A DNA stretch of 63,343 nt from Octopus bimaculoides (Eukaryota): NCBI RefSeq assembly GCF_001194135.2, contig NC_069005.1:1343246-1406588 (forward strand). The letters run 5' to 3'. The notes beneath the pieces are model-generated. The model ran no database searches. It was not told where the DNA came from and saw only the letters and a program-made list of their open reading frames with translations. Made by a program: the position numbers and the translations under genes. The first letter of the stretch is position 1. The number at the start of each line of letters is the position of its first letter. Positions 28,500 to 41,143 of the stretch are shown here, in pieces.

Positions 28500-28545
28500 G
28501 ACACCTGATGAAGGCTGGAGGGTATATCAGCTGAAACATTGTGTT
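28500..28545 (+). ncRNA. Degenerate type I hammerhead ribozyme motif, Penelope-like element type
   Basis: gacac-CTGATGA-a-ggctg(gagggtatat)cagct-GAAAC-att-gtgtt. Stems I and II pair; two apparent CpG-decay changes. Confidence 0.55.
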
Positions 28546-31500
28546 AACAACAAACAAGATGAGGACAAGATGTTAACAAACAAGATGAGGACAAGTCAAT
28601 TGTAAATAATGTAAATAATCTAAATGTTTTTGGCTATAAATTTTGGTCTGGAGAATTTGACTTGTATGCCAGAAAATGTGGTGGGCAGCAGCAATTTCTA
28701 GCGCTGAAACTTAGCCAATAACATTTAGTCTTTGATTGTCAAGTTGTAACATTTTATTTGTCATGGCTTAATCATTAGAATTATCAGAAAAAATAACTTT
28801 CACCAATATTTTTGTTCCACTTCTTTCCATTCAGTGTGATTATTCCTTCATAAATTCCACTTATTCTGTAGATTTTTGCATTCTGATTCATTTTCATATA
28901 TTTAATAATTTCTGGTAGGATGACTTTGGTTTTGTCATCAAAAATTCTTTGATTTTGGTTTTAAATTCTTCACTTCTCAGTCAGTTCTGAGAATTTCCTT
29001 TGTTTATTCCTCTTTTCCATTCCTCTGGTTCTTCAGACTCTTTCCTACAAGTTCTTCTGCTTCTCTTGTTGTTGGTGCTGCAGTCATTTTACCAAATTCT
29101 TGATGAAAAAAAAACCTTTTTGAGTTCAACTGTTTGTTTTGCTCAAAAAATTATCCCTTTTCAAATAAGGATTCTTCTTGTTTCGGTCAGTCTTTGCTCT
29201 CAAGAACTTTCATATTTTTGTTACATAACTGTAGTATTTGTCTCTCCTTTTTGTTTCATTCATGTCTTTTATATTTCCACTTAAGAGATTTTTTTTCCTG
29301 TAATTTTCTATATTTTTTCTATTTGTTTCCCACATTGTTTGGGTTTTGATATTCTAGTATAAATGGTTCTGAGGGAATATCTAATTTCATTTGTAATTAC
29401 TATGACTGCTATATATATATATATATATATATATCCCAGTGATATTGTTGCTAGCATCCATTATCATTGTTTCACAATGACCAAGTTTACAATTTTTATT
29501 GTTGTTTATTCCTACAATATTTCTTTTGAAAGATGCAACTTTTGCTTCAATAAACTTTGGAAGTAAAGAAGAATTTCATGGAATAACTTTGCCGTTATTA
29601 AACCTGGTGATTAGAACATAAATTAATGTTGAATTTTGACGGGAAGTTTTAAGTTTGATTACTTTAACCTTTCATTATTTAAACTGGCCCTGTCCAGCCC
29701 AAATATGCTCCCTGTTTTATGATCTAGTCTGCCAGATTCAGCCTATCACACCTACCCTTCAATGCCATTATAAAATATACAATCACATCAACAAAATTTC
29801 AAAGATACAAAATAATGCAAGATTAATTTTTAAAAAAGGTGAATAAAAAAAGTATTACAGAATAATCTGAATGTAAAAGGGTTAAAACAGAAAGTTTGCA
29901 CCAGAGGACCAAGGACGGTCACAGCTGGGTTGCTACCAAAAGTGTTAACCATTTCTTCCGTTAGAATTTCCTCCTCAGACTTTTCTACTCTTAAATCCTT
30001 CTCGTATTCCTTTTACTCTTACGACTGTTTGTGTTGTCTTTGTTCAGCTTTTGTCGGTCAGTGTTGTTGTACAAATACGTTAAAGATTGATTTCATTTGT
30101 GGGGTTCTGTTTATTCTGCTTGTTTTACATCTGTGAAGTGGTTTACACTTTCAGTCTCTTAAACTTTGTTTATTGTCATTATTACACTTTTTTCCTTGTT
30201 TATTTTTATCATTATATATTCCTTCTTTTAAGTGTTCTGCGTCTGTTTTTGATATCTTTTTCGTTTTGATGTCAGTCATCACTGTTGTCATTGGCGTTGT
30301 CATCACCATTTTAACATCCACTTTTTCATGCTAGCATGGGTCAGATGGAATTCATTGCAGTGGATTTTTCTGCAGCCAGATGCCTTTCCCCTCTCTAGCC
30401 CAAACTTGTTTCCAAGCAAGGTAACATTTCCCCATGGCCAGACATGTCTTTCTGGAAGATTGGAAACAAATGACACCACTTGTTTGATACAACCTGAAAC
30501 CCCATGGCTGGGAGTGAGGCTTCTTAACCACACAGCCATGCCTGTGCCCGCAGCCACAACCTAAAATATGAGCACAGCTCAAAATGATTCAAAGCAGATT
30601 GAAGTATAAAGCATAAGGGACAATTTGGAGAGATGTGCATTTTGAAATTAGAGAAATTAGAAGAATTGTAAGCCATAGATTTCACTTTGTCTTCATTATC
30701 AACACCTTATGACAGTTTGAAATCATCAGACATCATATCAGTTGTCATTGTCATCATTACTGTCATTAGCTTCGTCGTCATCGTTGTCGTTATCATTATC
30801 ATCTTAGTCGTCATCATTGTTATATGGGTCAAACCAACTTCCATCATTATCAGGAATATAGCCACAAATAACTGAGCTGATAACAAAAAAAAAAAAAAGA
30901 GGATTGCCTGACGGAAGGGACAAAGCACACAAAGGGGTTAGGCTATTTAGGTCAATCTGTGCTGCTTGTGTGGTATTTACTTCATTGACCCCTACCAGAA
31001 GGATGAAAGGCAGAGTTGACCTCAGCAACATTTGAACTTAGAATGTGTTAAAATGTAACTGGATGATGAATGACGAAAGCATTGGAAAATTGCTTAAGAA
31101 AAAATTTGCTTTTAAGAAAAAAAGGTCACAAAACGTTGATTTACCCAATTGATACCAATCTGTCTGAGACCCATCTCTGGTTGCAGGATTCCAACTTCCG
31201 GTTTTAAAGGGAACCAAATCAAAACCTTCCATGAAAATTTCCTATTAATTTATTTTCCAAACACTTGCTTTACTAAATTCTTCATTATATTTTCCATCTT
31301 AGTTGAAACGAAGGCAGTGTTATTTCAAGAGAAATGTGGTAATAAAACGGTTAAGAACGACAAAGTTATCATCCAACCCATGCCAGCATGGAAAATGGAC
31401 ATTAAATGGTGATGATGATGATTATTTTACTAAATTCTTCATTATTTTCAAAATTAATTCATTAGAAATATGGTAACAAAGGAATTAATTATTAATTTTT

Positions 31501-31764
31501 AACACTTACTTAATGTGTCGTTTAGTTTATGGGAAAAACAGGAATTCCCCCGCTTCTTCTGCTTGGTTAAACAATGAAGCTATATTGGAGTTAATTATTT
31601 AAAACAATTAAAAGAAAACAACAGCATAATAAATATATTGCCTCATTACACTTTGGCTTGGTAGACCTGGAGCTTATACCACTCTACATGAAGAGGATGG
31701 CTGGGAATTTGATTCGAGATGATGATGAATATATAATATTATAAACACTGCTGATGTATAAATA

Positions 31765-31980
31765 TTCTTTTCTATTCTTGGCACAAGGCCTGAAATTTTT
31801 GGGAAGCGGGGGGGGCAGTCGATTAGATCGACCCAGTATGCAACTGGTACTTAATTTATCGATCCTGAGAGGATGAAAGGCAAAGTCAACCTCGGCAGAA
31901 TTTGAACTCAGAACTTAAAGACAGGCGAAATACTGCCAAGCATTTCGCCCGGTGCCTAACGTTTCTGCCAGCTTGGCATC
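31765..31980 (-). mobile_element. SINE family 1
   Basis: Reverse-complement core ggtacttaatttatcgatcctgagaggatgaaaggcaaagtcaacc. Confidence 0.7.
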
Positions 31981-33420
31981 TTGCTGACATACAAATGTTA
32001 TAAACACATAAAGTATGGATAAATGCAGGGGTGGCTGTGTGGTTGAGCACTTGTTGTTGTCCATGGACAACGGACGTTAAATGATGATGATGATTTCTTC
32101 ATGTTTCGAAGTCCATTGTTGTTGTTGTTGTTGTGATTGTGGCTAAGAAGCAGTTTATTCTAATATCACAAATGAAAAATGTTTCTGTATGTTAAAATTC
32201 AAATGGGAGAAAAAAACTTAAAAAAACAAAACAAACTATACAGGTGTATGTATCAACCCCCCTCCACTAACCCATATGAAATTGTTTCCTCCCCCGCCGC
32301 CAGGGCTAAGTACTGCTCACATTGAGAAGCAGAGCAAAGCTGTTGAGGATTTGTTCTTTAGTCGTGAGACTGATATGATTGATGCGTATCTTGAAGCTTT
32401 GTAGACAAAATAACTGGGGGGGGGGAGATGTAAGCAGGGGGAGGGATTCCTCATGAGTTTTGGGGATAGGGGAAACTTTACTGAATTGTTTTAGTATAAA
32501 GTCTGTAGTGAAAGACACCCTGAGGATGGTGGTGGTGGTGGTGGGTTAGATAGAGATGTATGAAGGGAGTGAGGGTGGGGGGATATTACATTGTTTATAA
32601 AACAGAAAGTGTTTACAACAGCAGCAGCAGATGAGACAAGAATGGAACACAGTATTTTGGTGGTCAAAGTAGAGAGTTGGTGGAAAGAAAAGTGGGGCAG
32701 GGTTCACAAGTGAGTTGGAGAGCCTTTTGGGATGTGATCTAGAAAGTATGTGTGTGGTAATTGTTATTCTATTCCAGATGCATGAAGCCGTAATCTAGGT
32801 CAATAACTGTTGAGGTAGAACTTTCTAACAACAATCGTTACTAAAGCCTTTTGCTCCTTAACGAACTTTACCCATCAACAACTTTTCTCAGTTCCGGGAT
32901 GGCTTTTCTGCGTTTTCAGCTCTGCTTCAGAATCTCACCTCCAGTTATTTTTTAAAGTTATTTTTTGGCCTCCCTGTAGCTTCAGATATTTCCCTAAAGG
33001 AAGGCCTTCCTCTCCCAGCTCATCTTGGTTTTGTATTGTCATTGATGCTTCTTCAACTTGGCTTTTGTCTCGGCATGAGTGTTACCTCTGTGCCAACCCA
33101 TTTTTACCTCAGGGAATAGGTGTCCATATTAGCCTGGCCTCTATTCTTTGACCTGTCCAGCATGCACCCCGTTGGCATAGTTTTAAGGCCATTGAGGTAT
33201 ACAAGTCCTCACACTGCACCACAACTGGACCTTGTGGTTTCTGACTCCAGAAGGGTCATCTTTTAAAGGGTGTTGTTTTGTTTGTTATTGATGTTGTTGA
33301 TCAAGAAGGCCATTTGAGACTATTAGCAGGGCTGTCTTAGTGGGGTTATAACCCCATCCCTTGGGCTATCCAGTGCACTGGACCCTCTAGTATTTATTTA
33401 TTGAGGAGCAAACCATAGCA

Positions 33421-33770
33421 TTCATCATCATCATCATCGTCGTCGTTTAACGTCCACTTTCCATGCTGGCATGGGTTGGACGATTTGACTGAGGACTGGT
33501 GAAACCAGATGGCTACACCAGGCTCCAATCTGATTTGGCAGAGTTTCTACAGCTGGATGCCCTTCCTAATGCCAACCACTCAGAGAGTGTAGTGGGTGCT
33601 TTTACGTGCCACCGGCACGAAGGCCAGTCAGGTGGTACTGGCAATGGCCACGCTCAAAATGGTGTATTTTATGTGCCACCCACACAAGAGCCAGTCCAGG
33701 GGCACTGGCAACGATCTCGCTCGAAAGTCCTTACACATGCCGCGGGCACAAGTGCCAGAAAGGCATCGCT
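33421..33770 (-). mobile_element. Young RTE 3'-end repeat (truncated LINE or RTE-partnered SINE)
   Basis: (CAT)n-gtttaacgtccactttccatgctggcatgggttggacg...ttctacagctggatgcccttcctaatgccaacc. Nearly identical to 55393-55625. Confidence 0.75.
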
Positions 33771-34344
33771 GGGTACAGATGCCATCACAATTTCGTTTTC
33801 GCTTGATAAATTAAAATTGGATCCCTAGACTTGTGAGGTGTCTGGGTAAACTGCTCGTTGTGTCCATGCTATAAAACAACCCTGATTAGGAGGTTTGACA
33901 CTTCTGTAAAGTGGGGTCGGTGGGTGGATAGGTCTGCAGTGCTGTAATAAGTATATTAATTTGGTTGAATCAATTAACTTCACAGTGAAGTAGCTATAGG
34001 AGGTGGGGGGTGCCTTCATCTCTAAAAACAATTACTTTAACAAAACAATAACCACCATTGCCTCCCCCCTCCCCTCATAACCAAACATTGAACAATGAAC
34101 GTATTAAAACAAACAGAATTATTTTTCCAGACTTTCATAAGGAAATTACTATTCTAATAAGTTTCATTCATTCATTATCTTGTGTTATAAGGATTGATAA
34201 TGTTTTGTGTTTTTTAAAAGGGTGAATGAAGTATTATTTTTTTGTTTGTTTTATTTTTCCTAAGTAGTTCTACTTGAATGTAGAATGATAGACTTGCCTC
34301 ACACAAGTGACAGCAACAGTCTGTCTGTTGCTGTGTGTGTTTAT

Positions 34345-34663
34345 AGAGAGAGAGAGAGGGAGAGACAGAGACTGAGAGAGAGAGAGAGAGAGAGGTGTAA
34401 GGAGGGAGGAGGGAGAAGTTAAGGAGAGACAGGAAATAACGCTGAGAGAGAGAGGAGAGAGAGAGAGAGTGTATGTGTGTGTGTGAGAGAGAGAAAGAGA
34501 GATAGTGAAAGAGTGTGACAGAGACTGAAAGAGAAAGAGAGAGATGGAAGAGAAGAGTAAGAAGAGGGGAGGGGGAATTTAAGGAGAGAAAGGAAACAAC
34601 ACAAATAGAGAGTGTGTGTGAGAGAGAGAGAAAGTGTGTGTGTATGTGAAAGAGAGGGAGAGT

Positions 34664-34730
<67 letters not shown>
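34345..34730. repeat. (AG)n/(TG)n compound low-complexity tract upstream of exon A
   Basis: Direct reading. Confidence 0.9.
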
Positions 34731-34734
<4 letters not shown>

Positions 34735-34964
34735 TTTATCTATTTTAGTTGCTTCTCTTTTTCTGATTTTTTTTTCATCTTGTTCCAGTCACTGGACTGT
34801 GGCCATGCTGGGGCACTGCCTCAGAGGGCTTTAGTCAGACAAATCAAACTCAGTATTTATCTTAATCTATTGGTCTCATTTTGTGGAACTGTAAAGTTAG
34901 GGGGACATAAACAAACCAACACCAGTTGTCGTGTGTGTGTGGCAGGGACAAACACAACACACCT

Positions 34965-35050
34965 CTCCAGCTTCCCAGACACCAGTCAAACCGTCCAACC
35001 CATGCCAGCATGGAAAGTGGACGCTAAATGATGATGATGATGATGATGAT
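34965..35050 (+). mobile_element. RTE 3'-end tail, about 170 nt upstream of the exon A acceptor
   Basis: cagtcaaaccgtccaacccatgccagcatggaaagtggacgctaaa(tga)n. Further copies near 3660, 11400, 19640, 25480, 30310, 31370, 40330, 40760, 43700, 47560, 49050, 62420, 62500 and 63275. Confidence 0.7.
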
Positions 35051-35217
35051 TTGTGTGCAGGATGGAGGTGGGGAAGAAAATACTGTTGGGGTAACATTGT
35101 GAAAGTTGCTTAGCAACCGTTCAACCACCTGTCTATTTTATTTTTAATTTTTTTAAGAAATTTTCTTTCTTTTATAATCACTTGCATTGATTTCTGTTGT
35201 TTTTTTCTCCATTTCAG

Positions 35218-35635
35218 AACAGCTTCTTGTATGCTTTTGGGAACAGTACCGAAACTGGAGCTCAGTTGATGTATACGAGTTCCAATCATGGACTGCCGGG
35301 GTCTGTTTGTACATCAGAGGCTGGATACATTGTATATACCACTGCGGCGCCAGGGATGGAGTCTGTCACAGACTCCTCTGGATTGCTGCCACAACCTCAC
35401 TTACAGGAAGTAATCACAGAACACCTTGACAATCACTTGGTACATCCAAGGACGACTTTAATAAATGGACGTATGGCTCAAAACGGATTTGATAATCCGA
35501 TGGACTTATCGAATGGTAAAGTAGTTCAAGTTATTGACATGAAAAAAGAGGATTCTCGACAATACGATCACAATCAAGCAGCTACGAATTACCATCACAA
35601 TGGTGTGACGGTTGGCATACCAGAATCTCAACATG
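35218..35635 (+). CDS. Su(H): Su(H)/RBPJ (CSL) N-terminal coding exon A, containing CtBP-type motif PMDLS; first in-frame ATG at 35269
   Basis: Pyrimidine tract + ttcag| acceptor at 35217. 139 open codons (NSFLYAFG...MYTSSNHG...DNPMDLSNGK...GIPESQH). Donor G|gtaag at 35635/35636, phase 1, joins exon B in frame. The gene name rests on recalled motif conservation, not a database search. Confidence 0.85.
35497..35511 (+). other. Encoded CtBP-binding short linear motif PMDLS (PxDLS class)
   Basis: ccg atg gac tta tcg, in frame within exon A. Confidence 0.8.
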
Positions 35636-35773
35636 GTAAGGCAACAAACAATTCCTTTTCCTGATTTTCTCCATCGAAACTTTATCAGGCATTTTCTTTG
35701 TTTTCTAATCATGTTTTTCTTATAAGCATCTACCCTGTTCATATGCTTCAGTTAATCAAAAACTTAGAAATGT

Positions 35774-36110
35774 TTAACCCTTTCCGTATCCTATTTCTCT
35801 TGAAATGCACTTTCTTTTGTTTGTTTCAATTAATTTTGGAAGTAATGAAGAATTAAGTAAAATACATTTGTTATTATTAAGATGTTATTTGGAACATATC
35901 AGTCAACCTGAAATTCTGATGGCATTAATTTAGATCACTTTAACCCTTTTGTTACCATATTTATATTAAATATACTGCCTTTTATTTGTTTCAATTCATT
36001 TTGAAAATAATGAAGAATTAAGTAAAATATCCTTGTTGTTATTTAGCTGGTGTTTAGAATACAAAGACTAGTATGGATTTTTGATGGAAGATTTTCATTT
36101 AGATCATAAA
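35774..36110. mobile_element. Two head-to-tail partial TTAA-MITE family B copies just downstream of exon A
   Basis: ttaacccttt...gtttcaattaattttg(g/a)aa(g/a)taatgaagaattaagtaaaata...tagatca starting at 35774 and 35940. Other copies near 4300(-), 20490, 29550, 31215(-), 42583, 51995(-), 58335(-) and 63087. Confidence 0.65.
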
Positions 36111-37261
36111 GTTGTATTTTTGTTCTAGCCAAATAAACACACACACACTAGATATTTAGTCTTTACTCATTTATTACTGTTCTTATTTTATAACTCATAT
36201 CCATTTATTATTCACTTAAGAATTTGATTAAAATTTTAATCATGGCATAATTACTTTAATATAAGATAAAACTGCTTATAGTTTTGGTCTCTCTGTTTTT
36301 CTTCTTCTTCTTTACACTAAAATGTTTTTCCTTGTTGGTTTATCACATGAATCGGTTAATATTTTCATATTTTCAACACTGATTTTTTAATATGTGACTG
36401 TTATCAGTTTGATAATAGATTTGACATTTGTTTGGCCGAACTCTTAATCTGGTTCCAACCCTCACACTAAACTACCATTAACATGACAGAAATGTCTTTC
36501 AGTGTAGCCTCCAAACCAGGTGTTGGTAACCTGTTTTGAGAAGTGGACCACATGAGATATGACTCCACACAGGGTCAGTTTTCACTTGGTCATTCAGAAA
36601 GTCCTGTTGGCTACAGTTTGCCCATGACTGCTTAAAACTATATGTTTACAATGACCATCTAAATAAGTCATATTTCTATATAAAATGGAATATTGTTTTT
36701 TGAGATACCAAATGAGGAAAATTTGTTTTATTTGTTTCTTACTGAAGAATTTAACACTTTCATTATTAATGTTAGAAATGGAGATATATTTTGTATAAAA
36801 AATGGTGAAACAACAGGATTAAACGAACTGTGACTTCTTGTGTGATTTTGAAGGAGTTTTCTACTCCCAGAACCCCCNNNNNNNNNNNNNNNNNNNNNNN
36901 NNNNNNNNNNNNNNNNNNNNNNNNNNNNNNNNNNNNNNNNNNNNNNNNNNNNNNNNNNNNNNNNNNNNNNNNNNNNNNNNNNNNNNNNNNNNNNNNNNNN
37001 NNNNNNNNNNNNNNNNNNNNNNNNNNNNNNNNNNNNNNNNNNNNNNNNNNNNNNNNNNNNNNNNNNNNNNNNNNNNNNNNNNNNNNNNNNNNNNNNNNNN
37101 NNNNNNNNNNNNNNNNNNNNNNNNNNNNNNNNNNNNNNNNNNNNNNNNNNNNNNNNNNNNNNNNNNNNNNNNNNNNNNNNNNNNNNNNNNNNNNNNNNNN
37201 NNNNNNNNNNNNNNNNNNNNNNNNNNNNNNNNNNNNNNNNNNNNNNNNNNNNNNNNNNNNN

Positions 37262-37315
<54 letters not shown>

Positions 37316-38832
37316 TATATGAGGAATTTCTTTGAGTTTCCATCGACCAAATCATCTCTCAAAGCATTGGTCAGCCCTTTGGATTTATAGTTGAGCTGCT
37401 GGTTTCGAAGTACGTAGTTATTCATAAATATTTTCCTTTCCTTTGAATTTGGAAAAGACATTGACATCTCAGCTGGGTAGCGAAACTCTTTTTAATGTAT
37501 ATTTTGCTTTGGAATTTTTTCCAAGTTTCTTTTCTTTTTTATCCTTTACAGATTTCAAGCTGATCACAAACAAAATATCACAGCTCTTTTGTTTAATCCA
37601 AGACAATTTGTTAGAGTTTGTGGTTATCTAAATTGGTTGATGTGTGGATAAACTTGCTCTTCAGTAGTGGGTGTGCATGTGACTTTAATACTCAAGTCTG
37701 TGTGTGTGTGTGTGTGTGTGTTCTTATGTGTATGTGATTGTCTGCTTGTAGTTCAGCCCAGGAACCTCAAATGGAGAATCCCTGGAATTTTCACAGTATC
37801 ACCATATTTCTAATTGATTGTATCTCGAGAATCTGAGTTAGTCTGATTCTTTTTTTGGGGACAACCCCATCATTTTTTAGGTTTTTATGCAGATTTCGTT
37901 ACATAAACCACTGCACTTTGTGTGTGTGTGGGGGAGGGGGATGGTCAAGGACAATGTAAGACGTCCTGACTTTGAAGCCATTTTGTCATTTTTACCTCTG
38001 TTAATTACCAACAACAAGACTTTAAAAAATAATCGAAAAACAACTTCAAAAATTATTCATACATAACAAACGGTTAAAGTTAAAAAAAAACAACGCATAT
38101 ATTTCGCTAACATTCACTTTATTATTAATAAATTTTCAAAAACGTTTTGTCAAGAAAAAAAAATGCAAATGACTCAAGGGACACAACTCTTGAATTCCTT
38201 TAGGAATTTTTTTTTTATCCTTTCTGTTTTCTGTTTTAGTTAATATGTTTAATTGTATATTTGAATAAACATTGATTAGATTGAGACAGTCATTTAAATA
38301 TGTAGCATGACCTAATTATTTTCATGTGATTTTCACTATTTTTGATTCTAGAATTAAAAAAAAAATGCTTGAGTACCTTAGGAGAAATTTTTTTCTTATT
38401 TCTTTGGCAATATCATTATTGCACCCACCCCATGTTTTTTTTTTGTCATTAATGATTATTCTAAGAATAATTATTCTATGTTTTTTTTTTAATATTTTTA
38501 GTTTGAGAATTGACTATCTCTGACAAAATACCTGGTGGTATTTACTTATGGACATTTGTCTGTATTGAGTTTAAATTCAACTGAGTTGAACTTAGCTTTT
38601 TGTCCTCCTGGGTGGGGCCTTGATTAAATAATGCAGCTGCCAAGTCCTGGATCAGTTTCTATTTCTGTAATGTGTCCTGCATATGGATGAAGTTAAAAGA
38701 GAGGACAGCATAGGATGCTTGGTTTTGCATTTATTTAGTGTATAAAAATTATTCATGTATAATGAGTCCATTTTGGCTGTAAGCAGCAGGAGCACTACAT
38801 AATTAAAGAGTGTTTTGTGTGTGTGTACAAGT

Positions 38833-38867
38833 GCAGGCATGGCTGTGTAGTTAAGTTTGCTTTAGAA

Positions 38868-38920
<53 letters not shown>

Positions 38921-39035
38921 TTTGGTCGGCCCGATGATATAGTAGAAGACAGTTGCCCAAGGTGCCACGCAGTGGGATTGAACCTGGAACCATGTCGTTG
39001 GTAAGCAAGCTTCTGACCACACAGCCACTCCTGTG
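38833..39035. mobile_element. Inverted pair of SINE family 2 heads around a (TA)n array
   Basis: Plus head gcaggcatggctgtgtagttaag at 38833, (TA)n at 38869-38916, minus copy ending aagcaagcttctgaccacacagccactcctgtgcc at about 39035. Confidence 0.65.
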
Positions 39036-40023
39036 CCTATGTTGTTTTGAATTTGAAAGTGATCTGAATGAAATATTTTCATAAATTGAAGTTTCTTGTT
39101 CTTTGAGTTATTAAATTTGAATAAGAAGTGGAATTCCTTTTAAAAATATTCAAACTCGGGTTTTGAAAATCTCTTTATAAACCAGATTATTTGATGTCCT
39201 GGATAATTGTGGGTCACAATGTGTGTTTGTTCTTCCCTTGGTTGTGCTTGTCTCTTCCACTGGGGCCTAAATTTTTTGACAATGTTATCATCCTGTCACC
39301 TTGGAGATCTTTTGATTAGCGCCTTCCAATCTCTTGGATGCAAGTTGATATCTTCATGGGTCCACCTATTGTCTGTGAGCCTTGTGACATGTGCAGTCCA
39401 GTATTTCTTCTGGTCTTCTTTGTTGTGAGTTCAAATCTCATCAAAATCCAATTTTGCCTTCCATCCATTCAAGGTTGATAAAATAAAGTACCAGTCTAAG
39501 AACTGGGACTGATGGCCATCTTCCTAAATTATAAACCATTATTAAAGATATTTATAAACAGCAATTATTTTTCATTGTTTTTTGTTTCTCTCTCTTTCTC
39601 TGTCTCTCTTTGTCTCTACCTGTCTGTCTTTCTCCCACAAACAATTTATTAAATACCTTTTCATTTCTGTGATTTTGGGAGTCTTTTGTGTTTTTCTTCA
39701 TGTTTTTTTTTTTACCATCTCATTATATATCTGGCGGGATATTGGCAGCTCTTCTTGGCAATAAGTGAAAACTCTAACACCAATCATTGTATTTGAAAAG
39801 TCTTTCAAAAGAAAGGAAGATTTTGTTTGCGTACTTTTATTGAAGCCCATTTGGTTATTAATTGTTTTTTTACTCTTTATGAAACAGGGGGGAAAACGAA
39901 AATGTTGCCAAGCTTTATGTCTTTGGTTCCTGCTGCTGTAGCGAGTGGGGGGTACTGGGTGTGTCTGGCTCCTGTTTGTGGTGGGAGTGAGCTTGTGTCT
40001 TGAGTCTTTACCAGTGTTAGTAT

Positions 40024-40640
40024 TTAACCCTTTAACTATGAAATCATATTCCATGGTTATTCCACTAACGATGTTAAATATCTACCAAGAAACAAAACAA
40101 AAGGTATTTTCTGCAAGTCACACTGCCTCAATAAACTCGACATATCTCAATGAATAATAGTTTCAAACATAACCATTCCTTAACAAAAGATAGAATGGGA
40201 TATAAAACTGCTTTCCGTAGCTAAGAATTATTAAATTTTGAATAGATATATATCTGATTTCAGCAGTAAAGGGGTTAAGCAATGATAGCAACAATTATGA
40301 GAATAATTACACTAATGACATTCCTTATTCTCTCATCATCATCATTAAGCATCTGTTTTCCTTGTTGGCATGTATTATAATTAACTAATTTTAACCCTTT
40401 AACTGTGAAATTAAATTTCATGGTTATTCCAGTAAATGATGTTAAACGTCTGCCAAAAATAGAATTGGTATTTTCTGCAAGTCCACATTGCATCAATAAA
40501 ATTGACATATCTCAATGAAAAATGGTTTCAAACATGACATTCCTCAACAAAAGATAGAATGGTGTATAAGACTGCTTTCTGCAGTTAAGGGTAAGGAAAT
40601 TTTGAGAGAATATGTCTGATTTTGAAAGTAAAAAGAGTCA
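40024..40640. mobile_element. Two tandem copies of TTAA-MITE family C (40024-40278 and 40391-about 40640)
   Basis: TTAA-CCCTTTAACT...CAGTAAAGGGG-TTAA. The second copy aligns along its length (ggtattttctgcaagtc, gacatatctcaatgaa, aacaaaagatagaatgg). Confidence 0.65.
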
Positions 40641-41112
40641 CTTCATTTTCTGGTCAAAATCCTTCTTCTTTGCCATTCTTCCATGGGTTTCTCTGATGGT
40701 CTTGAAACCATGGCAACTTGAACCACTTAAGTTACATCACTCCTCCTCCTCCTTCTCCTCATCATCATCATGAGTGTTTTAACATCCACTTTTCCATGCT
40801 TGATGGAGTTAGTGAGGCAGATATTAGTTGAACGCTCAGGAAAAATGGAAAAGTCTTTTACATTTCTAGCCTATGCTCTTAAACAGAAAGGATTAAATGA
40901 GGGAAAAATGGAGAAAGAATGAAAAAAAAACAGAGAGAGAAAAAAATGTGCAGAGTTCAACAGTCCAACATGGCAAGACGACTGGAAAAAAAAAAAGAGG
41001 CTGAATGAAAGAGAGATAATAATAATAATAACAGTAAAAGTGACCCCAATGAACTAAGCATATATATATATATATATATATACATATATCTTATACACAT
41101 ATACATGCATGG

Positions 41113-41143
<31 letters not shown>

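Noticed and set aside
33499-33828. Near-identical peptides at 33499 and 55464 suggesting duplicated genes
   Set aside because: They are antisense readings of RTE 3'UTR repeat copies.
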